Shown: one piece after another, positions 34,305 through 42,704 of the stretch
How the letters are laid out: every line of letters starts with the position of its first letter
Numbering within the stretch: the stretch's first letter is position 1
Source of the DNA: a virus
DNA length: 64,000 nucleotides
Strand: one strand, 5' to 3'
Virus record (IMG/VR): IMGVR_UViG_3300045988_140118
Translations under genes and position numbers: made by a program
Notes under the pieces: model-generated
Databases searched by the model: none
What the model was told of the DNA's origin: nothing
What the model saw: only the letters and a program-made list of their open reading frames with translations

Positions 34305-36023
34305 ATGAATAATGTAGGATTAACAATTACAGAGGGTGTTGCTAGAGGTGCTACTCCCTACACTGGCCCTTCCAAAAGAAATATAGGTCTTTTAGGAGGT
34401 TTTATTCGAGGTGCCGCTTTCACACCTACGAAGGTTACATCTATGGAAGATGTAAATACGATATTCGGAGGACTCAGTTCCTCTTTCTATGGGCCTGCTA
34501 TCGTCAAGAGTATTTTTGATGAAGCTGGTGAAGCAAAAGTTACTTTGTACTTGGCTAGAGCCGTTTCCGAAACATCTCAAACAGCTACCGGAGAAGTTTC
34601 TATTGGCGATTCTTCCGCTAAGATGACCGGTACTGCTGCCTATAAAGGAAATCCTGATCCCGGAGCTTGGGGAAATAAAGTAACGCTTACTTTGTATTCA
34701 TACGGGTATAAAGTCAAAGATGCGTTTACCTTAACTATTTCCTACAATGGAGGTACTCCGGAAAGTTATTCGTATGACACTCTAGCCAAAATACAGGATG
34801 CCGTTAACAAGGTTAGCAAATATGCTACCGTGGTATTCTCTAAAGAGATAGAAAAACTTACCTTCAAAGAAATTTCTGGAACTGCCACTACAACAACTGC
34901 CAGTAAGGAGGTTACGGGTGTAGGAACTACGTTTACTTCATTGAAACCGGGAAATGTATTGTACAACAATGCAAACGAAATTGTGGGTACTATCGCTGAG
35001 ATAAAAAGTGATACTTCGATACTTCTGACAAGCAAAGCCTTTGTTGCTGTTGCTGCCGGAACTATTAAGGCACGTGATGATAAAGAATTCTCTGTCACCC
35101 TTGCTAAAGGTGTTGATGGTGAGCTTTCTGAATCCGATTTTTACCCCGGCGGTGATTCCATAAATGCTACGGGTATCAAGTGCTTCGATGGCTATGACGT
35201 ACAGATTCTTGGAGTTACCGAGTTTCATTCTCTGTCTATGGCAAAAGTGCTTAACCAATATCTCCAAGAAGTGAAAGGTCCTGTGGGTATTATTAACTTG
35301 CCGTTAAATGCGGATGAAGGAACTGCTGAGTTATACGCTTTGGAATTGCAGACGAACGGTATTAGTTACATGGCTGGTGCCTACATGGGATGGGCAAAAG
35401 TTCCGGATGAAAATGGGGATGCCATCTTAATTCCGGTAATGGGACCTGTTTTGGGTGCTGCCTATATCAGAACCCCTTATATTCAGGGAGACTTTATTCA
35501 TATACCGCCCGGAGGTTCTGATTCTATATTCAACAACGTATTGGATATGGTTCCTCAGCGTTTATCACAGACAGTCATTAATAAACTGGTCCAGCAATAT
35601 TCTTGTAATGTGATTCAGTACGTTGAACGACTCGGCTTCTATGTAGGAAGTTCTAGAACGTACTCAACAAATTCTCTGTATTCAAGCATCCACGTTCGTT
35701 TACAGACTTCCTACTACAGACAGTCTTTGAACGCTAAATTACGTTTTGCTGAACAGAAACCCAATACTCCGGAATTAAAACGGGAGATTTTGGTGGAATG
35801 TAGTACGTTCTTTAAAACGGAATATGATAACGGCGCTTTGGAGAGAAGTGTTCCGTTTGATACTGCTTATACGGGTATCTGTGATAAGAGCAACAACCCG
35901 GTTACGCAAGACAGAAAACTCCTGAATGTAGATATTCTTTGGATACCTACAGAATGTACTGAAAGTATTCACCTGTCCTTGCAAAGAAATGATGGAGTAT
36001 TAACCACTAATGAAGAAGAATAA
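34305..36023 (+). CDS. contractile tail sheath protein
   Basis: 572 aa. N-terminal GLTITEGVARGATPYTG...IGLLGGFIRGAAFTPTKVTSMEDVNTIFGG and C-terminal NVIQYVERLGFYVGSSRTYS match sheath family patterns. Followed by the tube gene. Confidence 0.85.
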   Translation: MNNVGLTITEGVARGATPYTGPSKRNIGLLGGFIRGAAFTPTKVTSMEDVNTIFGGLSSSFYGPAIVKSIFDEAGEAKVTLYLARAVSETSQTATGEVSIGDSSAKMTGTAAYKGNPDPGAWGNKVTLTLYSYGYKVKDAFTLTISYNGGTPESYSYDTLAKIQDAVNKVSKYATVVFSKEIEKLTFKEISGTATTTTASKEVTGVGTTFTSLKPGNVLYNNANEIVGTIAEIKSDTSILLTSKAFVAVAAGTIKARDDKEFSVTLAKGVDGELSESDFYPGGDSINATGIKCFDGYDVQILGVTEFHSLSMAKVLNQYLQEVKGPVGIINLPLNADEGTAELYALELQTNGISYMAGAYMGWAKVPDENGDAILIPVMGPVLGAAYIRTPYIQGDFIHIPPGGSDSIFNNVLDMVPQRLSQTVINKLVQQYSCNVIQYVERLGFYVGSSRTYSTNSLYSSIHVRLQTSYYRQSLNAKLRFAEQKPNTPELKREILVECSTFFKTEYDNGALERSVPFDTAYTGICDKSNNPVTQDRKLLNVDILWIPTECTESIHLSLQRNDGVLTTNEEE

Positions 36024-36025
36024 AT

Positions 36026-36487
36026 ATGGCTACACCGCAAAAACCGCAGGATTTGTATGTTGCTAATGGGTGGTATTTGAATATACCTGTTCCCGGAATT
36101 TTAAGCAACGCTATTTTTGAAACCTTGGAGGGTATGGGTAAGACATCTGGAAATGTTGAGACTGTTGATGCCGGCACTAACAGAAAATATAAATTCTCCA
36201 CCCAAATTACAGATTATGGAGAAATGACCCTGACCCGTACTTATCAAGGTAACGCAACTGATAGAGCTATGGAAACTTTGGTCACTACTATGATCGAGAA
36301 CGGGGTTAAACTTCCGGTTACTGCTGTAAAGCTGCATAACGGACAAGAAGTATTTACCGTTGTTTTTGAAGGTTTCCGTTTTAACAGCGCTACGTACCCT
36401 ACTTTTGATATTGCCAGCGAAGAGAAGTTCACCGTTTCATACGGAGCTACTTGTGATGCGTGGTCAATTATCCCGGTAGGAGCATAA
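36026..36487 (+). CDS. tail tube protein
   Basis: 153 aa, immediately after the sheath gene. Confidence 0.7.
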   Translation: MATPQKPQDLYVANGWYLNIPVPGILSNAIFETLEGMGKTSGNVETVDAGTNRKYKFSTQITDYGEMTLTRTYQGNATDRAMETLVTTMIENGVKLPVTAVKLHNGQEVFTVVFEGFRFNSATYPTFDIASEEKFTVSYGATCDAWSIIPVGA

Positions 36488-36523
36488 GAAAAGACTTTAT
36501 TAACTAATAACACTAACTGAATT

Positions 36524-37414
36524 ATGGATGGCGTATTTTTTGAACTTCCTGTAGGTCTTTCCCAACAAGGAAATATCTACAAAAATGTAGAACTGCTTAG
36601 AACTAATGGTGTTGCTGAAAAAGTTTTTTTGAAGAAACTTGCAGAAAAACCCTTTACTTGGCAAGGTAATGTGGTATCTATTGCAGTAAAGAGTATCGGA
36701 CCTTTTGAGATAGGTTCTGAATGTCGGCAAAATTATCTGAAAGATAACTCCGTAACTATACCTCAGATTGTCCGGAATCTTACCTTAGCGGATATTAATA
36801 CCCTGATGGTTGAAATTCACCGCAGATGTTGGGTATCCTTTATCCCAAAACAAGAAGTTATCTGCAAGTATTGCGGAAAACGGTTAGTCGCAGATATTGA
36901 TCTTGATAAGATTGATTATTTTCCGGAAACCAAAGAACAAATGGAACAGTTCAGTGATATAGGTTATTCCTCTATCGAAGTAAATTTGAAAGATGGTTTT
37001 ATTCCTCCGGTCATTCCTAAGATTACCGATCAGGAAAAATATCAGGGAATCACTGAACAATGCTATAACCGCTTTGTTTTTAGACCCCCTCTTTTGCAGG
37101 ATGCTATTAAACATGAAGCTTATTTTAGCGACACCATCGGTTTTTGGAGACGAATTGCGATTGACTGTTTAACAGCGATTCAGAAGGTAGATGAAAACGG
37201 GTTCGTAGTTGATACGCTACCTATTGAATTTCATACCTACTATGGACTGAAGATGTTTAATGAATATCTTACCGGAATTGATCTCCGTTCCATAAGAACT
37301 GAACTCACAGAACATTTGCCAACATTACCGTATGCGTATTACGAACCGTGCGGATGTGAGGATCAGAAGGATATTCCTATGATAATGGAGGCATCGTCTT
37401 TTTTCTCGGAATGA
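36524..37414 (+). CDS. tail assembly chaperone (zero-frame product)
   Basis: Lies between the tube and tape-measure genes. Ends 7 nt after a T_TTT_TTC slippery heptamer. Confidence 0.55.
   Translation: MDGVFFELPVGLSQQGNIYKNVELLRTNGVAEKVFLKKLAEKPFTWQGNVVSIAVKSIGPFEIGSECRQNYLKDNSVTIPQIVRNLTLADINTLMVEIHRRCWVSFIPKQEVICKYCGKRLVADIDLDKIDYFPETKEQMEQFSDIGYSSIEVNLKDGFIPPVIPKITDQEKYQGITEQCYNRFVFRPPLLQDAIKHEAYFSDTIGFWRRIAIDCLTAIQKVDENGFVVDTLPIEFHTYYGLKMFNEYLTGIDLRSIRTELTEHLPTLPYAYYEPCGCEDQKDIPMIMEASSFFSE
37399..37405 (+). promoter_or_regulatory. -1 programmed frameshift slippery heptamer T_TTT_TTC
   Basis: In the zero frame (tct ttt ttc tcg gaa tga) the heptamer is X_XXY_YYZ. The -1 frame is open from 37360 and continues through ORF 37411-37680. 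Confidence 0.55.
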
Positions 37415-37680
37415 CGTTAAACCCTTCGGAATACAAACTTTGGGAAAAAGAATATCCTATGTTTACCCAATGGGCATTACAGAAGGATGTTCTTTTTTTG
37501 CCAAAGGAGTTATCCGAAACTGAAGAAGAAAAACAGTGGAGTTTAACGTCTAGAATCTATGTTTTGATGAAACGCCTCGGACAGAGTTACGAGACAATTA
37601 TGAAGATGTCTGCCGAAGAAAGAGACGAACTGTTTGACCTGGAAATGTCCCTTATTAAAGAAGAAAGTAAAAACCAATAA
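37411..37680 (+). CDS. tail assembly chaperone extension ORF (-1 frame; also has its own ATG)
   Basis: 89 aa ORF in the -1 frame relative to 36524-37414. Ends 10 nt before the tape-measure ATG. Confidence 0.5.
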   Translation: MTLNPSEYKLWEKEYPMFTQWALQKDVLFLPKELSETEEEKQWSLTSRIYVLMKRLGQSYETIMKMSAEERDELFDLEMSLIKEESKNQ

Positions 37681-37690
37681 GGAAATAAAT

Positions 37691-39790
37691 ATGGCTAGAA
37701 GTACCACTGGAAACCAATCACAATTTACCTACGACTTTGGAATTTCCATTGCCCAAAGTACCGTAAATAAGATGATCCGCCTAACCGGAGCTACCGTTAC
37801 GCTTGCCTCAGCTATGTATGCCCTACAGAATACTGCGGACAAGTATGTAAAGACGTTACGTGAAAATGCTCTCCGTTTTGGAGGTTATTTATCCACTATC
37901 AGAGCTATGGAGGAGGCGCAAAACCGCTTAATCAAAGGACAAACTTCCTTTTCTGTGGACGACCAATTAAGAGGAATGAATCGCTTGGCTTCTGTCGGTA
38001 TCAAAGTAGGTAAAGATTTTGATTTTATCAATAAAGCTGCCCATGCTACCGGAAAGAATTTTGCCGAATTTTCCGGAGCCATAGCTTCTGCCATACAAGG
38101 TAACATGTCCTCTTTGGTTGATATGGGACTTCTTACTCAAAGAGCTACACGGATGTTTGACAAATATCAGGCTAACACGATTATGCGACAACAAGCCATT
38201 CTCAATTTTGTCAAACAACATAAGGGTCTTATGAATCTGATTAAAAACGATTTTATGACTATTCAAGACCAGACTTCCCGACTTAAACAAACATGGAAGG
38301 GATTCCTTACTTCTATCATAGGTAAACCTAATGATCCGGGTAGCTTATACGGCTCAGTGGTAAAATCACTTAAAGGAATTGCCGATGCTTTTTCCAGGAA
38401 TTTTAAAAGTATCCAACAATATGGAAAAGGCATTGGTACTGTCCTTTCTTGGGTTGTTCGCCAAATTGGAAATACCGTTGTTTGGTTAGGACGAAAAGCA
38501 AAAGCCGTAACTCAAACCCTGTTGGGGAGTAGTGAGAATTTCGTAAACCGGATGCGCTCTTTGGTAGTGTGGCTTGAATTTTGGAAACTAAAGATACTTG
38601 ACTTTTTCAATGCCTACAAAGAAGAGATAAAATTTGCCCTCAAATTATTACTCGCTTTTAAAGCATTGAAGATGGTATTCGCCATTGGTAATTTTGCCAT
38701 CGGAACTGTTACCCGTTACGGAGCTGCCCTTTCTGGAGTTCTTGGAACTGCCAGAAAACTGAAGGGGGTTATCTCCGGAATTTTCGGTATGCTGGGAACT
38801 AAATTACCTTGGGTAAGACGTGCTATCTCTTGGATGTCAGGTTCCCGTGGTTTAGGACTCGTTGTAAGTTTACTCAATAATGCAAAAGCTATCTTTTCCG
38901 GTATCGGAGGATATTTATCCGGAACTCTTATTGGAAGAGTTGCCTCTCTTGCCGGAACTTTTGGACTAGTTTATGCTACCTTAAAATCGGTACATGATGC
39001 CTTAAAGTGGATTGGAAATTATGTTCCGGGCATAGGTGATTGGATAAAACGTGCTGACAACGCTATTAGTGATTCTGTACAATCTTACAAAAGAATGTAC
39101 TATGATGTCTCTTTAGCTGTCCGTACCTACTGGAGCGATTTTAAAAATTGGTATACGAAGAATATCAGCGATCCTATTATTGCCAAATGGAAAAATGATG
39201 GGATGCCTCAATTCTTCGAAAGACTGAAGAACAGTATTCTTGATTTTGGTAGGAAGATTCAGACCGCTTTACTTGAACCTTTCCGGAGAACGTTCGGACC
39301 TATTATTGATTTTCTAAAGAATCGGTACGCTACCTATAAACAGACCAAAATGGTATCCGATATGCGGGAAAAACTTCATAAAAGCCAAAGTGACTATTTG
39401 GAGGTGCTCGCTATTAATGCCACTAAACAACGGTATAAAGCTGCGGGTCTTCCTGTACCTGATTTGAAATACCCGACCAGAGTTCAGGAACTTCTTGACC
39501 AAAGGAATGGGACCGTTCCTATCGGTACAGAAGCTACCAGCGCAAAAAAAGGAGCTACTACCGGAGGTATCGGTAATATTTTGAAAGGAAATCCTATGTT
39601 ACTGACACCGAAAGCTCCGGAAGAGGATATTACTAGTTCCTACAGTGATGGAAGTCTTACCTTGGATACAGGTGCCGTTCAAATCATTGTTCAGAAAGGG
39701 GAGAATATTGATGAAACAAAACTTGCCAGAGAGGTACGCAGAATCTTAAAAGATCTACAACGTGAAACTAATGTGAGAGGAGGTAAATAA
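37691..39790 (+). CDS. tail tape measure protein
   Basis: About 700 aa with a Gly/hydrophobic-rich central region, at the canonical position. ATG 37691 chosen (the track ORF opens at 37634). Confidence 0.8.
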   Translation: MARSTTGNQSQFTYDFGISIAQSTVNKMIRLTGATVTLASAMYALQNTADKYVKTLRENALRFGGYLSTIRAMEEAQNRLIKGQTSFSVDDQLRGMNRLASVGIKVGKDFDFINKAAHATGKNFAEFSGAIASAIQGNMSSLVDMGLLTQRATRMFDKYQANTIMRQQAILNFVKQHKGLMNLIKNDFMTIQDQTSRLKQTWKGFLTSIIGKPNDPGSLYGSVVKSLKGIADAFSRNFKSIQQYGKGIGTVLSWVVRQIGNTVVWLGRKAKAVTQTLLGSSENFVNRMRSLVVWLEFWKLKILDFFNAYKEEIKFALKLLLAFKALKMVFAIGNFAIGTVTRYGAALSGVLGTARKLKGVISGIFGMLGTKLPWVRRAISWMSGSRGLGLVVSLLNNAKAIFSGIGGYLSGTLIGRVASLAGTFGLVYATLKSVHDALKWIGNYVPGIGDWIKRADNAISDSVQSYKRMYYDVSLAVRTYWSDFKNWYTKNISDPIIAKWKNDGMPQFFERLKNSILDFGRKIQTALLEPFRRTFGPIIDFLKNRYATYKQTKMVSDMREKLHKSQSDYLEVLAINATKQRYKAAGLPVPDLKYPTRVQELLDQRNGTVPIGTEATSAKKGATTGGIGNILKGNPMLLTPKAPEEDITSSYSDGSLTLDTGAVQIIVQKGENIDETKLAREVRRILKDLQRETNVRGGK

Positions 39791-40581
39791 TGTCAGTATT
39801 AGAAGCATTGGGTCAAAGCCCTATAAATTCCGCCATAACTGCCGGACTTTCTAAATTCACTTCGTTACTACGAAACAGAGTTTCAAACGCTTTTTCTGAC
39901 GATCCCGGAAGATACCCTAGAGGTTATGTAAAGACCAGAGGTATTCTTATTGAGAAAGAAAAAATCGCTAAACAGGAGTTTGATAAAGGCTACTTTTTCC
40001 AGTTTAACCCTGCTGAGATACAGGATGTGAAGAATACTCTGTACGAAGTGCGCTCTTATGCAGGCATGGCGTATAACGATTATATCTGGAGTAACGGAGG
40101 TGAGAGAATCATCTCCTTCCAACTTTTTTTGGATAATACTCCCCAAAGTAAGACTGAACAATTTAGACCACAAGCTATTAATAATACGGCTCTTGCCAAT
40201 ACTATACAGTCGGAAGGATCTAACAATGGAAACTCTTTCCAATGGATTAATAACGGCGCTTACTCTAATACTAGAGTATCCGAGAGAGGTATTCTTCCTG
40301 AAGTAGAGTTAATACAGTCCTTTTTATATCCTGCTCCTATAGGAAATGAAAACACCCCTTTATTTACAGAAGGTGGGATTGTTACCTCTACACAATTCAG
40401 ACCTCCGGCTACTTTAGTTTTCGCATTGGGTCCTTTTTATTTGGAAGGAGTGCTTAGATCTGCTCCTGTAACGTATCAGCTTTTTGATTCGGATCTTACT
40501 CCTATACGAGCTACGATCTCTATTGAATTTGCCGTATTTGAATTTGAGACAGTTAGTAAAATAGAAATACCATTAAGATGA
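39790..40581 (+). CDS. hypothetical tail/baseplate protein
   Basis: 263 aa. The ATG overlaps the tape-measure stop (TAATG). Confidence 0.55.
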   Translation: MSVLEALGQSPINSAITAGLSKFTSLLRNRVSNAFSDDPGRYPRGYVKTRGILIEKEKIAKQEFDKGYFFQFNPAEIQDVKNTLYEVRSYAGMAYNDYIWSNGGERIISFQLFLDNTPQSKTEQFRPQAINNTALANTIQSEGSNNGNSFQWINNGAYSNTRVSERGILPEVELIQSFLYPAPIGNENTPLFTEGGIVTSTQFRPPATLVFALGPFYLEGVLRSAPVTYQLFDSDLTPIRATISIEFAVFEFETVSKIEIPLR

Positions 40582-40910
40582 TAAGCCCTAACTTTTACAC
40601 AAAGAGAAACTTAGTCGAACAATTTTTAGGAGGCAAAGTTCCCCACTATCCAGTAAAGGATGCCTCTGTTACCTTAGAATGGTACGACTATCTAATTAAA
40701 GCTAATGAAACGCTTTATACGATCGCTGCCAGAATTTTTGGCGATAACCTTGAATATATGTGGACGTACATTGCTGACAATAATCCTCCACGGATGCCGG
40801 ATGACTGGCATGTTGGAGACGTAGTTCGATTGCCCCGAATAATAATCAGAGATTCAGACACTATAAAAACTGTTTATAGCCATGCAACAACCACTTCAAC
40901 CGCAATTTAA
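40578..40910 (+). CDS. LysM-domain tail protein (P2 gpX-like)
   Basis: YLIKANETLYTIAARIFGDNLEYMWTYIADNNP...GDVVRLP fits the LysM pattern. About 110 aa, upstream of the gpD-like gene. Confidence 0.6.
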   Translation: MISPNFYTKRNLVEQFLGGKVPHYPVKDASVTLEWYDYLIKANETLYTIAARIFGDNLEYMWTYIADNNPPRMPDDWHVGDVVRLPRIIIRDSDTIKTVYSHATTTSTAI

Positions 40911-42285
40911 AATAAGAGTTTATCCGACCGGATCTTATCCGGGTACCGGAGATACTTTTTCAAAGAAAGGTAATCGCTATGATGCGGCTACCTTTGATAC
41001 TTTTATGGATATAGAGACTTGTGTTTCCTACGGAGTCACTTATTCAGAAGAAGCCTCCATGATTAACCGTTTGTCCTTTACAGTGGATAAACACGCTGAT
41101 ATACTTTTACAGAGATTTTATATCGGTATGTGGGTAGTTTTATATGGGGGATATTATTCACAGGATGGTTCCGGAGTACGTAAGATATTCAGTGGTACAA
41201 TAACTCGTATTAATGCTTCGTTTCCTGATAATGGAGCTATTAAGTTTTCTGTCGAGTGTCTTGGCTACGGATTTAACCAGATGGGTAAGGACACTTTTAA
41301 GAATTATGTATACCCGGATAAAAATAGTGAACGTTCCTTTGTCAAGGGTAAATCTTCTATCAGCCTTGCTAATTTGGTAAGAGGAATAGCCGAAACTAAT
41401 AACCTGCTCGTAGGAGAAATTTCTCTCCCTAAAGAATCATCCACAGTAGAGTTCACAGAAAGAAAGCCCCGTTATCAGAAAAACATGTCTGACTGGGCAT
41501 TTCTTCTTCACTTGGCCACTTCATACGGATGCTCTTTATGGACTGAAAACCATGATGGAAAAGAGTATATTTACTTTGTAGATATTAATAAGGCCGCTAA
41601 TACGATCAATGACCAGATAAGTTTTGTGTACCCGTTAAAAAGTGAAAAGATACCTAATGCCGCCAAAGCTTCTCCTGTAGATCGAAGCGTAACCTCGTTA
41701 CTCGGCTCTGAGATACAATCTTTTCCTGATTCCACGTGGAACCGTCCCCGTATTTTAAGAGATGTCACCGTTACCGAAGATATTGCACAAGCTACCGCAG
41801 TGGTAAGAACTTCTGTAAATATTGATATGGGTACTGGTGATGCGAAGGAAACCATCTCCGAAATCCGTAACGAGGATGGAAAACAGGTTATTTACCAGTA
41901 TGAATTAGATGAAGCACGTGTAGAATATATACACCGGACTAACCCTGAACTTGCTGACCGTATCCGGAGCCAAGGAGCTACCTCTATGGAATGGAGAAGT
42001 AATTCATCCGCCAAAGAAGAAACTGACCCTAGATACGCTGCTTACTATTATAAACAGACTAAGATTGTTGATGCCGAAGTAGCCGTTTTTGACCGTGCTT
42101 TTTTCGGTATCGAAATAGAAGCTACTTGTAATATGGATTTAGACATACGCTCACAGCGTTCTTACTCGATCCGTGGAATATCTCGCTACAATAGCAGTAA
42201 TAACACGGGAAGATATTTTTTGAGAGGTTTGAAACATGTATGGGATTCTGACGGAACACATACAGAATTATCTTTTATACGATGA
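40882..42285 (+). CDS. baseplate hub protein (late control gpD / Mu gp44-like)
   Basis: 467 aa, positioned between the LysM protein and the spike-like protein. Assignment rests mainly on synteny. Confidence 0.5.
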   Translation: MQQPLQPQFKIRVYPTGSYPGTGDTFSKKGNRYDAATFDTFMDIETCVSYGVTYSEEASMINRLSFTVDKHADILLQRFYIGMWVVLYGGYYSQDGSGVRKIFSGTITRINASFPDNGAIKFSVECLGYGFNQMGKDTFKNYVYPDKNSERSFVKGKSSISLANLVRGIAETNNLLVGEISLPKESSTVEFTERKPRYQKNMSDWAFLLHLATSYGCSLWTENHDGKEYIYFVDINKAANTINDQISFVYPLKSEKIPNAAKASPVDRSVTSLLGSEIQSFPDSTWNRPRILRDVTVTEDIAQATAVVRTSVNIDMGTGDAKETISEIRNEDGKQVIYQYELDEARVEYIHRTNPELADRIRSQGATSMEWRSNSSAKEETDPRYAAYYYKQTKIVDAEVAVFDRAFFGIEIEATCNMDLDIRSQRSYSIRGISRYNSSNNTGRYFLRGLKHVWDSDGTHTELSFIR

Positions 42286-42704
42286 TAGAATTTGCACAGT
42301 TAACAGATGACCTTGATGGTGACTACCTGAAAGTAAAAATGCGCACGGGAGAGGAGATATTTGCTCCTCTATTAAATATTGGTACATCCACGTCACTACC
42401 TACGAAAAAGTGGCTCAGTGCCAATAAAAAACACTTTATTGCCCTTGTTACGTATGAAAGAGATTATTTCTCCCATCCAATTATAATAGGATTTTATCCG
42501 GTAAAGGGTGCCAAGACCGCAGATTTTGATATTATTTTTAAATTGCTTACTTTAGTCGAGGATTTGCTTGCGGAACTCAGGGTTGCTAAGACTAACACAA
42601 TGTTAGGACCTCAACCCTTCTTTCCGGATACAAATGTCAATTTGAAGAAGATTGAACTCGATCTAGCCGAATTAAAAAAAGAACGTTTAGAAATTAATAA
42701 ATAA
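42282..42704 (+). CDS. baseplate spike / gpV-like protein
   Basis: 140 aa with an OB-fold-like N-terminal part (HPIIIGFYPV) and a C-terminal helix. Position after the hub. Confidence 0.45.
   Translation: MIEFAQLTDDLDGDYLKVKMRTGEEIFAPLLNIGTSTSLPTKKWLSANKKHFIALVTYERDYFSHPIIIGFYPVKGAKTADFDIIFKLLTLVEDLLAELRVAKTNTMLGPQPFFPDTNVNLKKIELDLAELKKERLEINK

Noticed and set aside
37634-37690. Upstream extension of the tape-measure ORF, or a chaperone-TMP fusion by frameshift
   Set aside because: The TMP frame is +1 (not -1) relative to ORF 37411-37680 and has no slippery site. ATG 37691 directly follows the chaperone stop. The extension most likely just reflects the absence of a stop codon.
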